A DNA stretch of 64,000 nucleotides from Mobula hypostoma (lineage: Eukaryota). Positions within the stretch are counted from its first letter, which is position 1; the number at the start of each line of letters is the position of its first letter. The translations under genes were made by a program, and so were the position numbers. The DNA is taken from contig NC_086097.1 in assembly GCF_963921235.1 (NCBI RefSeq), positions 51,462,001-51,526,000 on the forward strand, given 5' to 3'. This document shows positions 1 through 13,157 of this stretch, one piece after another. Under the pieces are notes generated by a model. It was not told the DNA's origin. It ran no database searches and was given only the letters and a program-made list of their open reading frames with translations.

Positions 1-2344
1 GACACAATATGCAGATAAGCCTACTTGATCTGGTATTGAGAAATGAACCTGGTCAGGGTGTCAGGTCTCTCAGTGGGAGAGCATTTTGGAGATAGTGATC
101 ACAATTCTATCTCCTTTACCATAGCATTGGAGAGGGATAGGAACAGACAAGTTAGGGAAACGCTTAATTGGGGTAAGGGGAAATAAGAGGCTATTAGGCA
201 GGAACTTGGAAGCATAAAGTGTAAACAGATGTTCTCAGGGAAACATACGGAAGAAATGTGGCAAATGTTCAGGGGATATTTGCGTGGGGTTCTGCATAGG
301 TACGTTCCAATGAGACAGGGAAAGGATGGTAGAGTACAGGAACCGTGGTGTACAAAGGCTATTGCAAGTCTAGACAAGAAGAAAAGAAGAGCTTACGAAA
401 GGTTAAAAAAACTAGGTAATGATAGAGATCTAGAAGATTATAAGGCTAGCAGGAAGGAGTTTAAGAATAAAATTAGAAGAGCCAGAAGGGGCCATGAGAA
501 GGCCTTGGCGTGCAGGATTAAGGAAAACCCCAAGGCATTCTACAGATATGTGAAGAGCAAGAGGATAAGATATGAGAGAATAGGACCCATCAAGTGTGAC
601 AGTGGAAAAGTCTGTATGGAACCGAAGGAGATAGCAGAGGTACTTAATGAAAACTTTGTTTCAGTATTCATTATGGAAAAGGATCTTGGCGATTGTGGGG
701 ATGACTTGCAGCAGACTGAAAAGCTTAAGCATGTAGCTATTAAGGAAGAGGATGTGTTGGAGCTTTTAGAAAGCATTAAGTTGGATAAGTCACCAGGACC
801 GGACAGGATGTACCCAAGGCTACTGTGGGAAGCAAGGGAGGAGAATGCTGAGCCTCTGGCGATGATCTTTGCATCATCAATGAGGACTGGAGAGGTTCCA
901 GAGGATTGGAGGGTTGCGGATGTTGTTCCCTTATTCAAGAAAGGGAGTAGAGATAGCCCAGGAAATTATAGACCAGTGAGTCTTACATCAGTAGTTGATA
1001 AGTTGATGGAGAAGATCCTGAGAGGCAGGATTTACGAATATTTGGAAAGGCATAATATGATTAGGAATAGTCAGCATGGCTTTGTCAAAGGGAGGTCGTG
1101 CCTTATGAGTCTGATTGAATTTTTTGAGGATGTCACTAAACACATTGATGAAGGTAGACCCGTAGATGTAGTGTACATGGATTTCAGCAAGGAATTTGAT
1201 AAGGTATCCCATGCATGGCTTATTGAGAAAGTAAGGAGGCATGGGATCGAAGGGGACATTGCTTTGTGGATCCAGAACTGGCTTGCCTACAGAAGGTAAA
1301 GAGTGGTTGTAGATGGTCATAGTCTGCATGGAGGTCGGTGACCAGCGGTGTGCCTCAGGGATCTGTTCTGGGACCCCTACTCTTCATGATTTTTATAAAT
1401 GACCTGGATGAGGAAGTGGAGGAATGGGTTAGTAAATTTGCTGATGACACAAAGGTTGGGAGTGTTGTGGATAGTGTGGAGGGCTATCAGAGCTTACAGC
1501 GGGACATTGGTAGGATGTAAAACTGAGCTGAGAAGTGGCAGATGGAGTTCAACCCAGATAAGTGTGAGGTGGTTCATTTTGGTAGGTCAAATATGATGGC
1601 AGAATATAGCATTAATGGTAAGACTCTTGGCAGTATGGAGGATCAGATAGTTCTTGGGGTCCGAGTCCATAGAACACTCAAAGCTGCTACGCAGGTTAAC
1701 TCTGTGGTTAAGAAGGCATATGGTGCATTGGACTTCATCAACCATGGGATTGGGTTTAAGAGCCGAGAGGTAACGTTGCAGCTATATAGGAACCTGGTCA
1801 GACCCCACTTGGAGTACTGTGCTCAGTTCTGGTCCCCTCACTACAGGAAGGACGTGGAAACCATAGAAAGGGTGCAGAGGAGATTTACAAGGATGTTGCC
1901 TGGATTGGGGAGCATGCCTTATGAGAATCGGTTGAGTGAACTTGGCCTTTTCTCCTTGGAGCGACGGAGGATGAGAGGTGACCTGATAGAGGCATTCAAG
2001 GTAATGAGAGGCATTGATTGTGTGGATAGTCAGAGGCTTTTCCCCAGGGTTGAAATGGGTAGCATGAGAGGGCATAGTTTTAAGGTGCTTGGCAGTAGGT
2101 ACAGAGGAGATGTCAGGGGTAAGTTTTTTACGCAGAGAGTGGTGAGTGCGCGGAATGGGCTGCCGTCAACGGTGGTGGAGGCGGAAACAATAGGGTCTTT
2201 TAAAAGACTCCTGGATAGGTACATGGAGCTTAGAAAAATAGAGGGCTATGGGTAAGCCTAGGTAGTTCTAAGGTAAGGACATGTTCGGCACAGCTTTTTG
2301 GGCGAAAGGGCCTGTATTGTGCTGTGGGTTTTCTATGTTTCTAT
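1..2344 (+). mobile_element. CR1-clade LINE, ORF2 (RT) region plus 3' UTR, disrupted by stops and frameshifts
   Basis: ORFs 229-1299, 1338-1520 and 1542-2255 carry [39 protein letters not shown] and RPHLEYC motifs; the element ends in a TTCTATGTTTCTAT tail. Confidence 0.95.
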
Positions 2345-2635
2345 AACAAACTGTTAGCTGGTATTTTATTTTCAAATAATGAATGGTTGTAGATTCCATT
2401 GGTAAATCCAATATTTGTTTCTCTTGAGAAGCTGGATGATCTGATTTACCTGTGTTATGAAAGTACTCCCAGCGTTTATAAGTGGGAATTCCAGGATTTT
2501 GAAAAACAGCAATGAAAGATGGCACTGTACGTCCATATCAAAATGCAAGGCAAACTGTAGAGTAACTTGTGATAGTGTTCCAACCTGCCTGCTGTCCTTC
2601 TCTTACAAGGAAGTTTCATTTTTATTATTTATTAT

Positions 2636-2820
2636 TTACAGATTCAACACAGTAACAGGCCCTTCTGCTCCAACAAGCCAGTGCCTCCCAATTACACTGA
2701 TGTGACCAATTAACCTCCTAACCTTTGGAATATGTACTGTACGTCTTTGGAATATGGAAGAAACTGGAGCACCCCGAGGAAACCCACATGATGAATGCAT
2801 AAACACCTTACAGACAGTTA
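2636..2820 (-). mobile_element. Degenerate SINE fragment
   Basis: GGAAGAAACTGGAGCACCCCGAGGAAACCCAC core resembles the reverse complement of the SINE-like copies at 25.4 kb and 33.0 kb. Confidence 0.5.
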
Positions 2821-3537
2821 CAAAACATATCTTTTGCCTGGATATCTGCTGTTCTAATCAACAATGAAAAATGTTGACACTAGAGCAAAGCAAAATGTTT
2901 CTCTTCACCCCATTCCTTACAATCAACATTCACTTGCTCTGTCATTACGTACACTGTGACTTCAGTGTACACCATCTGTGAAATGCACTCCAGGAATTTG
3001 TCAAAGCTTCTTTGACAGCACAACCTGTTTTCTGGAAGAATAAGAGCAGTAGGCAAATGGAAACACCACCACCATCTGTAATTTACATCCAAATCACAGA
3101 CTGTTCCAACTGAGTTTATACATCTTTGATAGGTTAAGCAATACAATATTCTTATGTAGAATCATTTTGGGGTTACCTTCACCATAAAGACTAAGTGATT
3201 CTAGTAAGTGACTCACCACTACCACCTCAAAGCTTATTAAGAGACAGGCATTAAAAACTCACTCTGGAGTAGATTTTAAAAAAGAAAGAAACCAGATCAC
3301 AAGGATTCCTACTGCAAAGGGTAGCAAATCATCTATCTTGGCACATTCATCCTTAATAATATATAAATAATTGTCAAGAATAACTTTCATGACTTTGCAA
3401 GCGCATCCTAAGAGCATTTCTAAGAATTTCCAAGCTGCTGAATGTGCAATTGGCACACGAATGAAAATAGTCAGCAATCCGCTCCCCTCCCCCCGCAAAG
3501 CTATGTTTACACTCAAAACAAAGCTGAAAATCTAGTC

Positions 3538-5881
3538 TGTGAACTTTGCTGAATGCATATGCATATGGATGCCAGCAGAGAGGGCTTTAGGGGGTGTCCT
3601 GTATCAGTTGAGACCTGTCGCGTTTGTCAGCTGGAGCCTGAGAAAAACTATCCCATTTCTGGCATTGAAATGGGCTATGGTGGATAAGTTGAGTGGTTAC
3701 CTCTATGGTGCCAAGTTTGAAGTGAGGACAGACCCCACTGAGAAGGGCAGTGTTTCGATTCTTGTGGGGGTCTCGTTTGGGATTGGCTGCTGTGTTGTTT
3801 GCCCTGAGCATTGAAACAGTCGGTTGTGTGTTTAAGTCTGTGCTAAACAATTGTCCAGCAAAGTGATTGCGATATGTGGGTATGGATGCTGCTGGGGTTG
3901 AGCAGTGATGTGAATCCACGGGGTTAAGGTAACAAATGCGTGCGTATTGAGTGGGGTAGGTATCCGTACTCCTGATGAATTGTTAATTCGACTTTTAAGT
4001 TCTGTTAAAGCTGTAGGGAAAGTTACGACTGTGGGGCAGAGGTTTGATGAAATGGCAGGCACAGACTTTGTTTTAGTTCAGACTAGCACTGACATAACAG
4101 CAGTAGAACTGCCTGGTACTATTGAGGCCCCAGGAGGGTGGGGCTGTGGACTGTCCATGCTTTCTGGGAGGAGATTGTGGCAGAGTTGAGAACTGAAATG
4201 TCTCGGTTGTTATCAGCGGGTGTGCCCCCCCACCCCTCTGTATAATGGAACTGATAGGGAGGCGGATCCTCTCAGGGAAAGGACTACGCGGAGGGCTGCC
4301 AACAGCCAGGTCCCGCGAGAAGGGGAGCGGCTGGTATTGTCTGTTATGACTGTGGTGAAGGGGGGCACTTCAGGCGGGAGTGTGAACGACGGGAACCCCC
4401 TTGGACAGTGAGTCTCCAGGTACCTAAGCAGAGAGAGTCATTGGGAAAACTCAAAAGAGCCCCAGTGAGGGGACAACCTGGCATATCAGGGACAACACAT
4501 TCCCAGCAATATATAAAGGAACACCCTAAAGCAAAAAACTAAATGTCTGAAGGCTTAGTGGGGCCAAGCTCCAGTGTATCACTATAGATAGAGGGTATTT
4601 ATGCTAGAGCTGTACTTGACACAGGGTCGCAGGTCATTTTGCTGTACCATTCATTTTACAACCAGTATTTGACGCATTTACCATTGACACCACTCAGTGC
4701 ACTAGAGATCTGGCGTCCTAGTGTGGGTGATTATCCATATGATGGTGGAGTCAGTGAAGCTGGAGGCCGATGTGAGAGTGGCTGAGGTCCTTGATACATT
4801 AGCACTAGCTCGTCTGGACCCTGTTCAGAGAGAGGTCATGGCGACTGGCCCCTGCAGAGGTGGAAGATGTTCAGCAGCATTTGTGTAAGTTGAAGGAAGC
4901 TGGGATCATCACTGAGTCCAGAAGCCCCTATGCGTCCCCAATAGTAGTGGCCAGGAAGAAGAATGGGAAGGTACAGATGTGTGTAGACTATGGAACTCTG
5001 AACAGGCGTACCATCCCCGACCAGTATACGGTCCCGAGGATCAAAGGCGCGCTAGCCTGCCTGAGAAGTGTGAAGTGGTTCAGTGTGCTGGACTTGAGGA
5101 GTGGATATTACCAGATCCCCATGAGTGAGGCTGACAAAGAGAAGACGGCATTTATATAGAAACCATAGAAAAACTACAGCACAGAAACAGGCCTTTTGGC
5201 CCTTCTTGGCTGTGCCGAACCATTTTCTGCCTAGTTCCAGAAATATGTCCACCGGGATTCTTCCAGTTCGCAAGGATGCCCCAGGGCATATCGGGAGCCC
5301 CTATGATCTTCCAGCATGTCATGCAGAAAACAGTGGGAGATATGAACCTGCTTGAGGTATTGGTGTACCTGGATGACCTCACAGTGTTTGGGTTACGGTT
5401 AAAGGTAATGGGTGCTTTGGAATGTGAACCGTCTAATGACGGGAGGGTGTTTTTGTGCTGTGTGCCTGACAGCAAGGTGATCTGGGTCTTTGGTTCGGCA
5501 GGAGACGAAGAGAGAAGATGCCGGAGTGGAGCCATGACCTGATGAAGGCTGGGGAGATCGAAGGAGGATCGGTAAAGGGGAAACCATGAGCTACAACTTG
5601 TGCGCACATTAGATAGTTTCATTAAAATGGGCCCTTTTCTTTTTTTGCTTTTTCTTCACTAACCCTGTGGTCAAATTAAGAATTATAAAGATAAATCGTT
5701 TAATTGTATGTGCGTACTGTCTGTTATTTTCTGGTACTGATTTGTAACAGGGTAACAAATCTCACAGCATCGACACAAACGGGGGGTTTAGGGGTGGACT
5801 CGCATCTCAACCTCATCCGTTTGGCAGGGCCAAAGATTGTCTTCCCTAGACTTATGCAGACGACAGAACCTGAGGGTTACA
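3538..5881 (+). mobile_element. Degenerate, rearranged Ty3/Gypsy LTR retrotransposon remnant
   Basis: RNase H-like peptide (LRPVAF..FLALKWA..YLYGAKFEVRTD, ~3560-3735); CCHC knuckle CYDCGEGGHFRREC (4342-4383); protease LDTGSQV (~4615-4635); [31 protein letters not shown] and VYLDD (4860-5380); LTR-like tail ending GTTACA. Confidence 0.85.
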
Positions 5882-6151
5882 CACATAATACACAAAAAAT
5901 GAAGGAAAATAAATAACTCAGTAAAGATTTAAAAATTTAGAACGAATCTATAAATCTTGAAAATGATGCTAATTGATAAAGATATCTAACCTCATTTAAC
6001 AATTTATATGTACTTCAAACTTAATTTTCATGTGTCCACTGCATGGACGAATTAGCTTAAACCACAATCAAATAAAATCACTAATATTTGTTTGCATTAT
6101 GCAAATATATAGTAATGTAGAAAATCTTTAGAAAATAACGTTACTACCTAC

Positions 6152-6234
6152 ATTGTCATTTGGGTAGAGGACTCTACTAATATTTTCAGCAACATTTCTG
6201 TCCAGCACAGCTTGGATGTAGTCCCCAACGTTAA
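6152..6234 (-). CDS. PYGL: Glycogen phosphorylase exon 7 ([28 protein letters not shown])
   Basis: 83 bp between a CAG acceptor and a GTAGGT donor; encodes the tower helix and 280s loop; the phase matches exon 6. The paralogue assignment is less certain than the family assignment. Confidence 0.93.
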
Positions 6235-6319
6235 CTGTTGAGAATGAAAACAATGCTAAATTTACATTATAGTGGCATCTGATATCAAACATATATTATA
6301 GTGGCATACTTCGGCATAG

Positions 6320-6404
6320 CTGCTAGAGGAACGCAGTGGGTTAGGCAGCATACATGGAGGCAAAGAATTAGTCAACATTTTAGGTTGAAACACTGCATCA
6401 GAAC
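6320..6404 (-). mobile_element. Short Penelope-like terminal repeat remnant
   Basis: GCTAGAGGAAC..GGCAGCAT..TCAACATTTTAGGTTGAAAC..CATCAG matches the Penelope ends at 21.2 kb and 41.1 kb. Confidence 0.5.
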
Positions 6405-7079
6405 ATAATAGAGGTCTTTAATGACAATGTCAAATTCCAGGCCAATCATCTTAAACTAAGCCACAGGGGGATCTTTCAACCATTTAGACCAAAGTTACAA
6501 TAAAGTTTGGTGCTCCATGCACTCTCTGGCCATGCACCCACTACTCTGTGTTAATATCTTACCTTTGACATCCCATATACTTTCCTACAATCACCTTAAA
6601 ATCATGCCCTGTTACAATATGCGGGGGGTTTGACACAAAGAAAAATTGGCTGGAGTCACTTTGTGCTTTCGTGATGCATCAAAAATCAAACATACAAAAA
6701 ATTAGCGAAAATAGTGAAAAGAAGACAGCTAATATTTACAAAAAGTTGTCTATCAGAAAGCACAACATCAGTTCTGTACTTATACTTGGCCAGTGTGAAC
6801 CCTGGCGGCTCAATATCTCTCCACTACTGAGAGCAAACTGCTCCATTTTTTTTAGCACCAGGACAAACCATTTTAATTACCCCCAAAGTTAACTTAAGGT
6901 TACACATGAATTAGAATATGATGCACTCCACAATGTATTTACAATTGTATGACATAATAAACAGAAGTATCTACCTTAATTACAGTATACAAACAATTTA
7001 TACACATTTACATATCCCCATTATGAAAGAAATGAAATACCATAAAGCCAAATTGCCATTTGTCACATGGTCCCTCATA

Positions 7080-7410
7080 TTAGCCATTTCTGCCCTGGGA
7101 AAAAGTCTCCTGATGTCCTCTCAATCTATGCTTCTTATCATCTTGTACACCCCTCATCCTCCTCCTTTCCAAATAGAAAAGCCCGAGCTTGCTCAACCAA
7201 TCCTCATAAGACATGCCCTCTAATCCAGACAACATCCTGGTAAATCTCCTCTGCACCCTCTCTGAACTTTCCAGATCCTTCCTATAATGAGGCAATCAGA
7301 ACTTAACACAATATTGGAAGTGTGGTCTAACCAGGGTTTTATTGAGTTGTAACATTACCTCGCGGTTCAATCCCCCAAATAATGAAGGACAACACACCAT
7401 ACACCATTAA
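7080..7410 (-). mobile_element. CR1 LINE fragment (ORF2 C-terminus)
   Basis: PHYRKDLE..ERVQRRFTRML..ERRRMRG peptide. Confidence 0.85.
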
Positions 7411-7789
7411 TGGTTCATAAAAGTGTCTGCCATTTAAGCATATAAAAACTAGTAAAATTGAAGGGAAATACTTTGAAAAATTGTGTTTTGTTAAAACATG
7501 AACATAAAAGCATTTAGAAATTATTAATAGATCAAACTAAAGCAAAATAATTAAAACAAATGACTCCTTTTTGCCTCCTAAATCTGAGCCCTACAAGCCC
7601 CATTGTAATAAATGAGGCCTTAGATTCTGCACGACATCTGACCGAATAAAAATGATTCCTCTGTGTAATGCTGGAGAGTGCTAGCAAGAGAGAAGCAGGC
7701 CAAAGCTGATTGGAAAGGGACACTAGTAGGGATGACAGCAGAGCAGCAATGGTCGGAGTTTCTGGGAGTAATTTGGAAGAGGCAAGATT

Positions 7790-8260
7790 AATTCATCCCA
7801 AAGAAGAAGCAATCATCTAAAGGGAAGATGAGGCAACCATGGCTAATAAGGGAAGTCTAATACAGCATAGACACAAAAGAGAGTGCATACAATACAGCAA
7901 AAATCAGTGGGTGAAAAGCTAGAGGATTGGGAAGCATTTAAAAACCAACAGAAAGCAACTAAAAAAGCAATAAGGAGAGAAAAGGTGAAATATGAAGATA
8001 ACATACCCAATAATGTAGAAGACGATGCCAAGATTTTTCAGATATAAAAAGAGTAAAAGAGAGCAAGAGTAAATATTGGTCTACTGGAAAATTACACTGA
8101 AAAACAAGGAAATGGCAGATGAACTGAGTAAGTATTTTGCATCAACCTTCACTATGGAAGACACCAACAGCATTCCAGAAATTTGAGACAGTCAAGGGGA
8201 GAAAAAGTGACTGCTACGAAGGAGAAATTGCTTGGGAAGTGGAAATGTTTGAAGTCAGCA
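7790..8260 (+). mobile_element. Degenerate CR1 LINE fragment (EN-RT linker)
   Basis: Similar to the QPWL / EDWE / KEMADEL segments of the CR1 at 11.1-11.5 kb. Confidence 0.7.
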
Positions 8261-8426
8261 GATTAACACCAAAGATTCTATTAGTTTTATTACTTCTTGT
8301 AACTGCATACTAGCCTTATGTGAATTGTGCACCTTGGAACTCCGCAATCCATCACAATTCAGGTAATACTTTTAAAAATACATTTGTTGTGCCAAAATTG
8401 CCAATTTCATGATCTCTTACATTGTA

Positions 8427-8920
8427 CAGTGAAACTCCAATAATCCAGGATATTTGGGACTTTGATGGTTGAAATTGGGCAGATCATCTGGAATACTGGA
8501 TGTTATTGCTATTAATAGCTCAAGACACTTTAAATGCATTTTTTTATATGTTACAGAGTACATTTTCTAGTGAACCCAGTAGGTTTAAGGGGTATAGGGG
8601 ATGCTTACATGAATTGGGACTCTGATAAGTTTATAGGGAGTGCTGTTCCTGATGCCCGAGTCAATTTAAAGGGCCAAAGTAATTTCAAACAGAGTACAAG
8701 AACACAGGATTCCTGTACTCCCTTGAAACTCACCAGGACACAGGCTCCCTTAAAATCAACTGGTACCTCATTTCTGTACTCTCTTGGAACTCAACTGGGC
8801 CATGATTCCCATGTTGCCTTGCAATTTATCGTGGTTCTAGTGAGTTTTAAGGGAGTTTGACAATCGTGCTGAACTACTGGGATTTCCAAGTCAGATAGCA
8901 GATTATTGGAGCTTTGCTAG
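8427..8920. mobile_element. Old Tc1/mariner (Tigger-like) MITE
   Basis: TA-flanked imperfect TIRs CAGTGAAACTCCAATAATC ... GATTATTGGAGCTTTGCTAG. Confidence 0.55.
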
Positions 8921-10386
8921 TACTCTGCCTGTCAGATTTTGCCTACTCATTTAATTTTATCTGTATTTCTCTCTAGCCTTCTTATATTCTCTTCAAAGCT
9001 ACTATTCTTTCTTTCTTTGTGTCATCAGCTAATTTAATAACCATACTTTGGACCCTTCATCAATATAAACTGTAACATCAAAACAGCAATACCAATTCCA
9101 GTAGCAGGCTTCTTGTTAAATAGAGTCATAGAACACTACAGCACAAAAACTGACCCTCTGGCCCATCTAGTCTGTGCCAAATCATTAATCTGTCTAGCCC
9201 TATCAACCTGCCTCTGCATCATAGCCCTCCATACCCCTCCCATCGATATGCCTGTCCAAATTTCTCTTAAATGTTGAAATTGAACCCACATCCACCTCTT
9301 CTATTGGCACTCATTCCACACACTTCCAACCTCTGAGTGAAGAAGATCCTCCTCATGTTCCTTTTAAACACTTTATCTTCCACCCTTAACCCATGACCTC
9401 TAATTGTAGTCTTACCCTATCTACCCAATCACCCTATCTATAACCCTCATAATTTTTGCATACCTCTTTCAAATATCCCCTCAGTCTTCTATGTTCTGGG
9501 GAATAAAGCTCTAACCTATCAAATCTTTCCCTATAACTCAGGTCCTCAAGTTCTGGCAACATTCTTACTTACATCTTTCCAGTAAGCAGATGACCAAAAC
9601 TACACACAGTACTCCATCTTAAAGGATCACCCATGATTAAATGGCGGGGCAGACTTGATGGGCCAAATAGCCTAATTCTGCTCCAATGTCTTAAGGTCTT
9701 ATGCAATTTCAACATAACATCCCAACTCCTGTATATTGATTTATGAAGACAAATGTGCTGATAGCTTTCTTTATGACCCTATCTACCTATGACACCACTT
9801 TCAAGGAATTATGGATCTGTATTCCCATATCCCTCTGTCCCCAGGGCCCTATTGCTCACCAAGCTAGACCTATTCTGGTTGGTCTTCCCAAAACGCACAC
9901 TTCACACTTATCTGCATTAAATTCCATCTGCTATTTTTCAGCCCATTTTTCCAGATGGTCTAGATCCCGCTGCAAGCTTTGACAGTCTTGCTTGCTGCCC
10001 GCTACACTCCCAATTTTGGTGTCTTTGGCAAATTTGCCGATCCAGGTAATCCAGGTATTATCATGATCATTGATATAGATGACAAACAACAAGTCCAGCA
10101 CTGATCCCTGCGGCACACCACTAGTCACCGTCAGAGAAGCTATCATCTACTATCACGCTCTGGCTTCTCCAGCAAAGTCAATGTTTAATCTAGTTTACTA
10201 CCTCATCTTGAATGCCAAGTGACTGAACTTCTTGACCAATCCTCCCATGCAGGACTGTGTCAAGGTCCTGCTAAAGTCCATGTAGACCAGCGGTCCCCAA
10301 CCACCGGGCCTCAAAGCACGTGCTACCGGGCCGCGAGGAAACAATATGATTTGGCGATATGAATCAGCTGCACCTTTCCTCATTCC

Positions 10387-13157
10387 TCAGGATGAGAGCT
10401 CAACATTCAGGGATATTCAATATTCAGGAGGGATAGACATGAAAGAAAAGGAGGCGGGGTAGCATTGCTGGTTAGCGAGGAGATTAACGCAATAGAAAGG
10501 AAGGACATTAGCCGGGAGGATGTGGAATTGATATGGGTAGAGCTGCATAAGACTAGGGGGCAGAAAACGCTGGTGGGAGTTGTGTACAGGCCACCTAACA
10601 GTAGTAGTGAGGTTGGGGATGGCATTAAACAGGAAATTAGAAATGCGTGCAATAAAGGAACAGCAGTTATAATGGGTGACTTCAATCTACATATAGATTG
10701 GGTGAACCAAATTGCTAAGGGTGCTAAGAGGATTTCTTGGAATGTATGCGGGATGGTTTTCTGAACCAACATGCCGAGGAACCAGCTAGAGAGCAGGCCA
10801 TTCTAGACTGGGTATTGAGCAATGAGGAAGCGTTAATTAGCAATCTTGTCGTGAGAGGCCCCTTGGGTAAGAGTGACCATAATATGGTGGAATTCTTCAT
10901 TAAGATGGTGAGTGACATAGTTAATTCAGAAACAAAGGTTCTGAACTTAAAGAAGGGTAACTTTGAAGGTATGAGACGTGAATTAGCTAAGATAGACTGG
11001 CAAATGATACTTAAAGGGTTGACGGTGGATATGCAATGGCAAGCATTTAGAGATCGCATGGATGAATTACAACAATCGTTCATCCCAGTTTGGCAAAAGA
11101 ATAAATCAGGGAAGGTACTGCACCCGTGGCTGACAAGGGAAATTAGGGATAGTATCAATTCCAAAGAAGAAACATACAAATTAGCCAGAAAAAGCAGCTC
11201 ACCTGAGGACTGGGAGAAATTCAGAGTCCAGCAGAGGAGATCAAAGGGCTTAATTAGGAAAGGGAAAAAAGATTATGAGAGAAAACTGGCAGGGAACATA
11301 AAAACTGACTGTAAAAGTTTTTATAGATACGTGAAAAGAAAAAGATTGGTTAAGACAAATGTAGGTCCCTTACAGTCAGAAACAGGTGAATTGATCATGG
11401 GGAACAAGGATATAGCAGACCAATTGAATAACTACTTTGGTTCTGTCTTCACTAAGGAGGACATAAATAATCTTCCGGAAATAGCAGGGGACAGAGGGTC
11501 TAGTGAGATGGAGGAACTGAGGGAAGTACATGTTAGTAGGGAAGTGGTGTTAGTTAAATTGAAGGGATTAAAGGCAGATAAATCCCCAGGGCCAGATGGT
11601 CTGCATCCCAGAGTGCTTAAGGAAGTAGCCCAAGTAATAGTGGATGCATTAGTGATAATTTTTCAAAACTCTTTAGATTCTGGACTAGTTCCTGAGGATT
11701 GGAGGGTGGCTAATGTAACCCCGCTTTTTAAAAAAGGAGGGAGAGAGAAACCGGGGAATTATAGACCGGTTAGCCTAACATCGGTGGTGGGGAAAATGCT
11801 AGAGTCAGTTATCAAAGATGTGATAACAGCACATTTGGAAAGCGGTGAAGTCATCGGACAAAGTCAGCATGGATTTGTGAAAGGAAAATCATGTCTGACG
11901 AATCTCATAGAATTTTTTGAGGATGTAACTAGTAGAGTGGATAGGGGAGAACCAATGGATATGGTATATTTGGATTTTCAAAAGGCTTTTGACAAGGTCC
12001 CACACAGGAGATTAGTGTGCAAACTTAAAGCACACAGTATTGGGAGTATGGTATTCATGTGGATAGAGAAATGGTTGGCAGAGAGGAAGCAAAGAGTGGG
12101 AATAAACGGGACCTTTTCCGAATGGCAGGCAGTGACTAGCGGGGTACCGCAAGGCTCAGTGCTGGGACCCCAATTGTTTACAATATATATTAATGACTTA
12201 GGTGAGGGAATTAAATGCAGCATCTCCAAGCTTGCGGATGACACGAAGCTGGGTGGCAGTGTTAGCTGTGAGGAGGATGCTAAGAGGATGCAGGATGACT
12301 TGGATAGGTTAGGTGAGTGGGCAAATTCATGGCAGATGCAATTTAATGTGGATAAATGTGAGGTTATCCACTTTGGTGGCAAAAACAGGAGAACAGATTA
12401 TTATCTGAATGGTGGCCGATTAGGAAAAGGGGAGGTGCAACGAGACCTGGATGTCATTATACACCAGTCATTGAAAGTGGGCATGCAGGTACAGCAGGCG
12501 GTGAAAAAGGCAAATGGTATGCTGGCATTCATAGCAAGAGGATTCGAGTACAGGAGCAGGGAGGTACTACTGCAGTTGTACAAGGCCTTGGTGAGACCAC
12601 ACCTGGAGTACTGTGTGCAGTTTTGGTCCCCTAATCTGAGGAAAGACATTCTTGCCATAGAGGGAGTACAAAGAAGGTTCACCAGATTGATTCCTGGGAT
12701 GGCAGGACTTTCATATGATGAAAGACTGGATCGACTAGGCTTATACTCACTGGAATTTAGAAGATTGAGGAGGGATCTTATTGAAACATATAAAATTCTA
12801 AAGGGATTGGACAGGCTAGATGCAGGAAAATTGTCCCGATGTTGGGGAAGTCCAGAACGAGTGGTCACAGTTTGAAGATAAAGGGGAAGCCTTTTAGGAC
12901 CGAGATGAGGAAAAACTTCTTCACACATAGAGTGATGAATCTGTGGATTTGTCTGCCACAGGAAACAGTTGAGGCCAGTTCATTGGCTATATTTAAGAGG
13001 GAGTTAGATATGGCCCTTGTGGCTAAAGGGATCAGAGGGCATGGAGAGAAGGCAGGTACAGGGTTCTGAGTTGGATGATTAGCCGTGATCATACTGAATG
13101 GCGGTGCAGGCTCGAAGGGCCGAATGGCCTACTCCTGCACCTATTTTCTATGTTTCT
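10387..13157 (+). mobile_element. Young 5'-truncated CR1 LINE with near-complete ORF2 (partial EN plus RT)
   Basis: EN motifs GVVYRPP, MGDFN and SDHN; 712-aa ORF 10737-12875 with all RT motifs (LADD in place of FADD); TTCTATGTTTCT tail; 5-bp TSD ATTCC (10382-10386 and 13158-13162). Confidence 0.95.

Noticed and set aside
540..1329. Antisense ORFs overlapping CR1 RT (also 10724-11179, 11978-12928, 34340-35588)
   Set aside because: They are shadow frames of LINE ORF2 with no independent protein signature.
1..6151. Phosphorylase exon 8 (FFEGKELRLKQEY)
   Set aside because: Not found by eye on the minus strand; it is presumably beyond the left edge, so its absence is not evidence of pseudogenisation.
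10737..12875. 712-aa RT ORF as a domesticated gene or a novel RT system
   Set aside because: It has an ordinary CR1 tail, a TSD, 5' truncation and frameshifts, and many relatives in the window.
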